Positions 63,991 to 64,000 of a stretch of DNA of 64,000 nucleotides are shown one piece after another (the stretch's first letter is position 1; each line of letters starts with the position of its first letter). This DNA comes from Torpedo marmorata (taxonomy: Eukaryota): NCBI GenBank assembly GCA_977017645.1, contig OZ360230.1, forward strand, positions 16,802,001 to 16,866,000, written 5' to 3'. The translations under genes and the position numbers were made by a program. The notes under the pieces were generated by a model that saw only the letters and a list, made by a program, of their open reading frames with translations, was not told the DNA's origin and ran no database searches.

Positions 63991-64000
63991 CACAAATATA

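Overview
AT-rich vertebrate genomic DNA, most likely from a cartilaginous fish (inferred from the HE1-type V-SINE/CR1 pairing, DeuSINE, Rex1, L1 and Penelope content). It is not prokaryotic. About a third or more of the window is transposon-derived: L1, CR1 and Rex1/Babar LINEs, Penelope-like fragments whose 3' tails carry minimal hammerhead-ribozyme motifs, SINEs, several hAT and Tc1/mariner MITEs (one nested three deep), and a decayed but structurally complete CsRN1-clade Ty3/Gypsy element (59347-63627). The only host coding sequence I can support is a 55-nt signal-peptide first exon (23434-23488, MDISVLLYLFFPLTMAVE+G, phase-1 donor) in a CpG-rich domain. It resembles exon 1 of EphB1/EphB2 receptors, and the remaining 40 kb would then be intron 1. 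The most unusual items are: fold-back, TSD-flanked mini-elements with a hammerhead-like core (on both strands in the 16 kb copy); a hAT MITE built from inverted SINE tails; a self-nested MITE stack whose 27-bp GC-rich repeat is shared with an unrelated MITE; an inverted Rex1 pair truncated at nearly the same point; and a -1 frameshift cassette in the Gypsy element. All calls were made by eye, without database searches.
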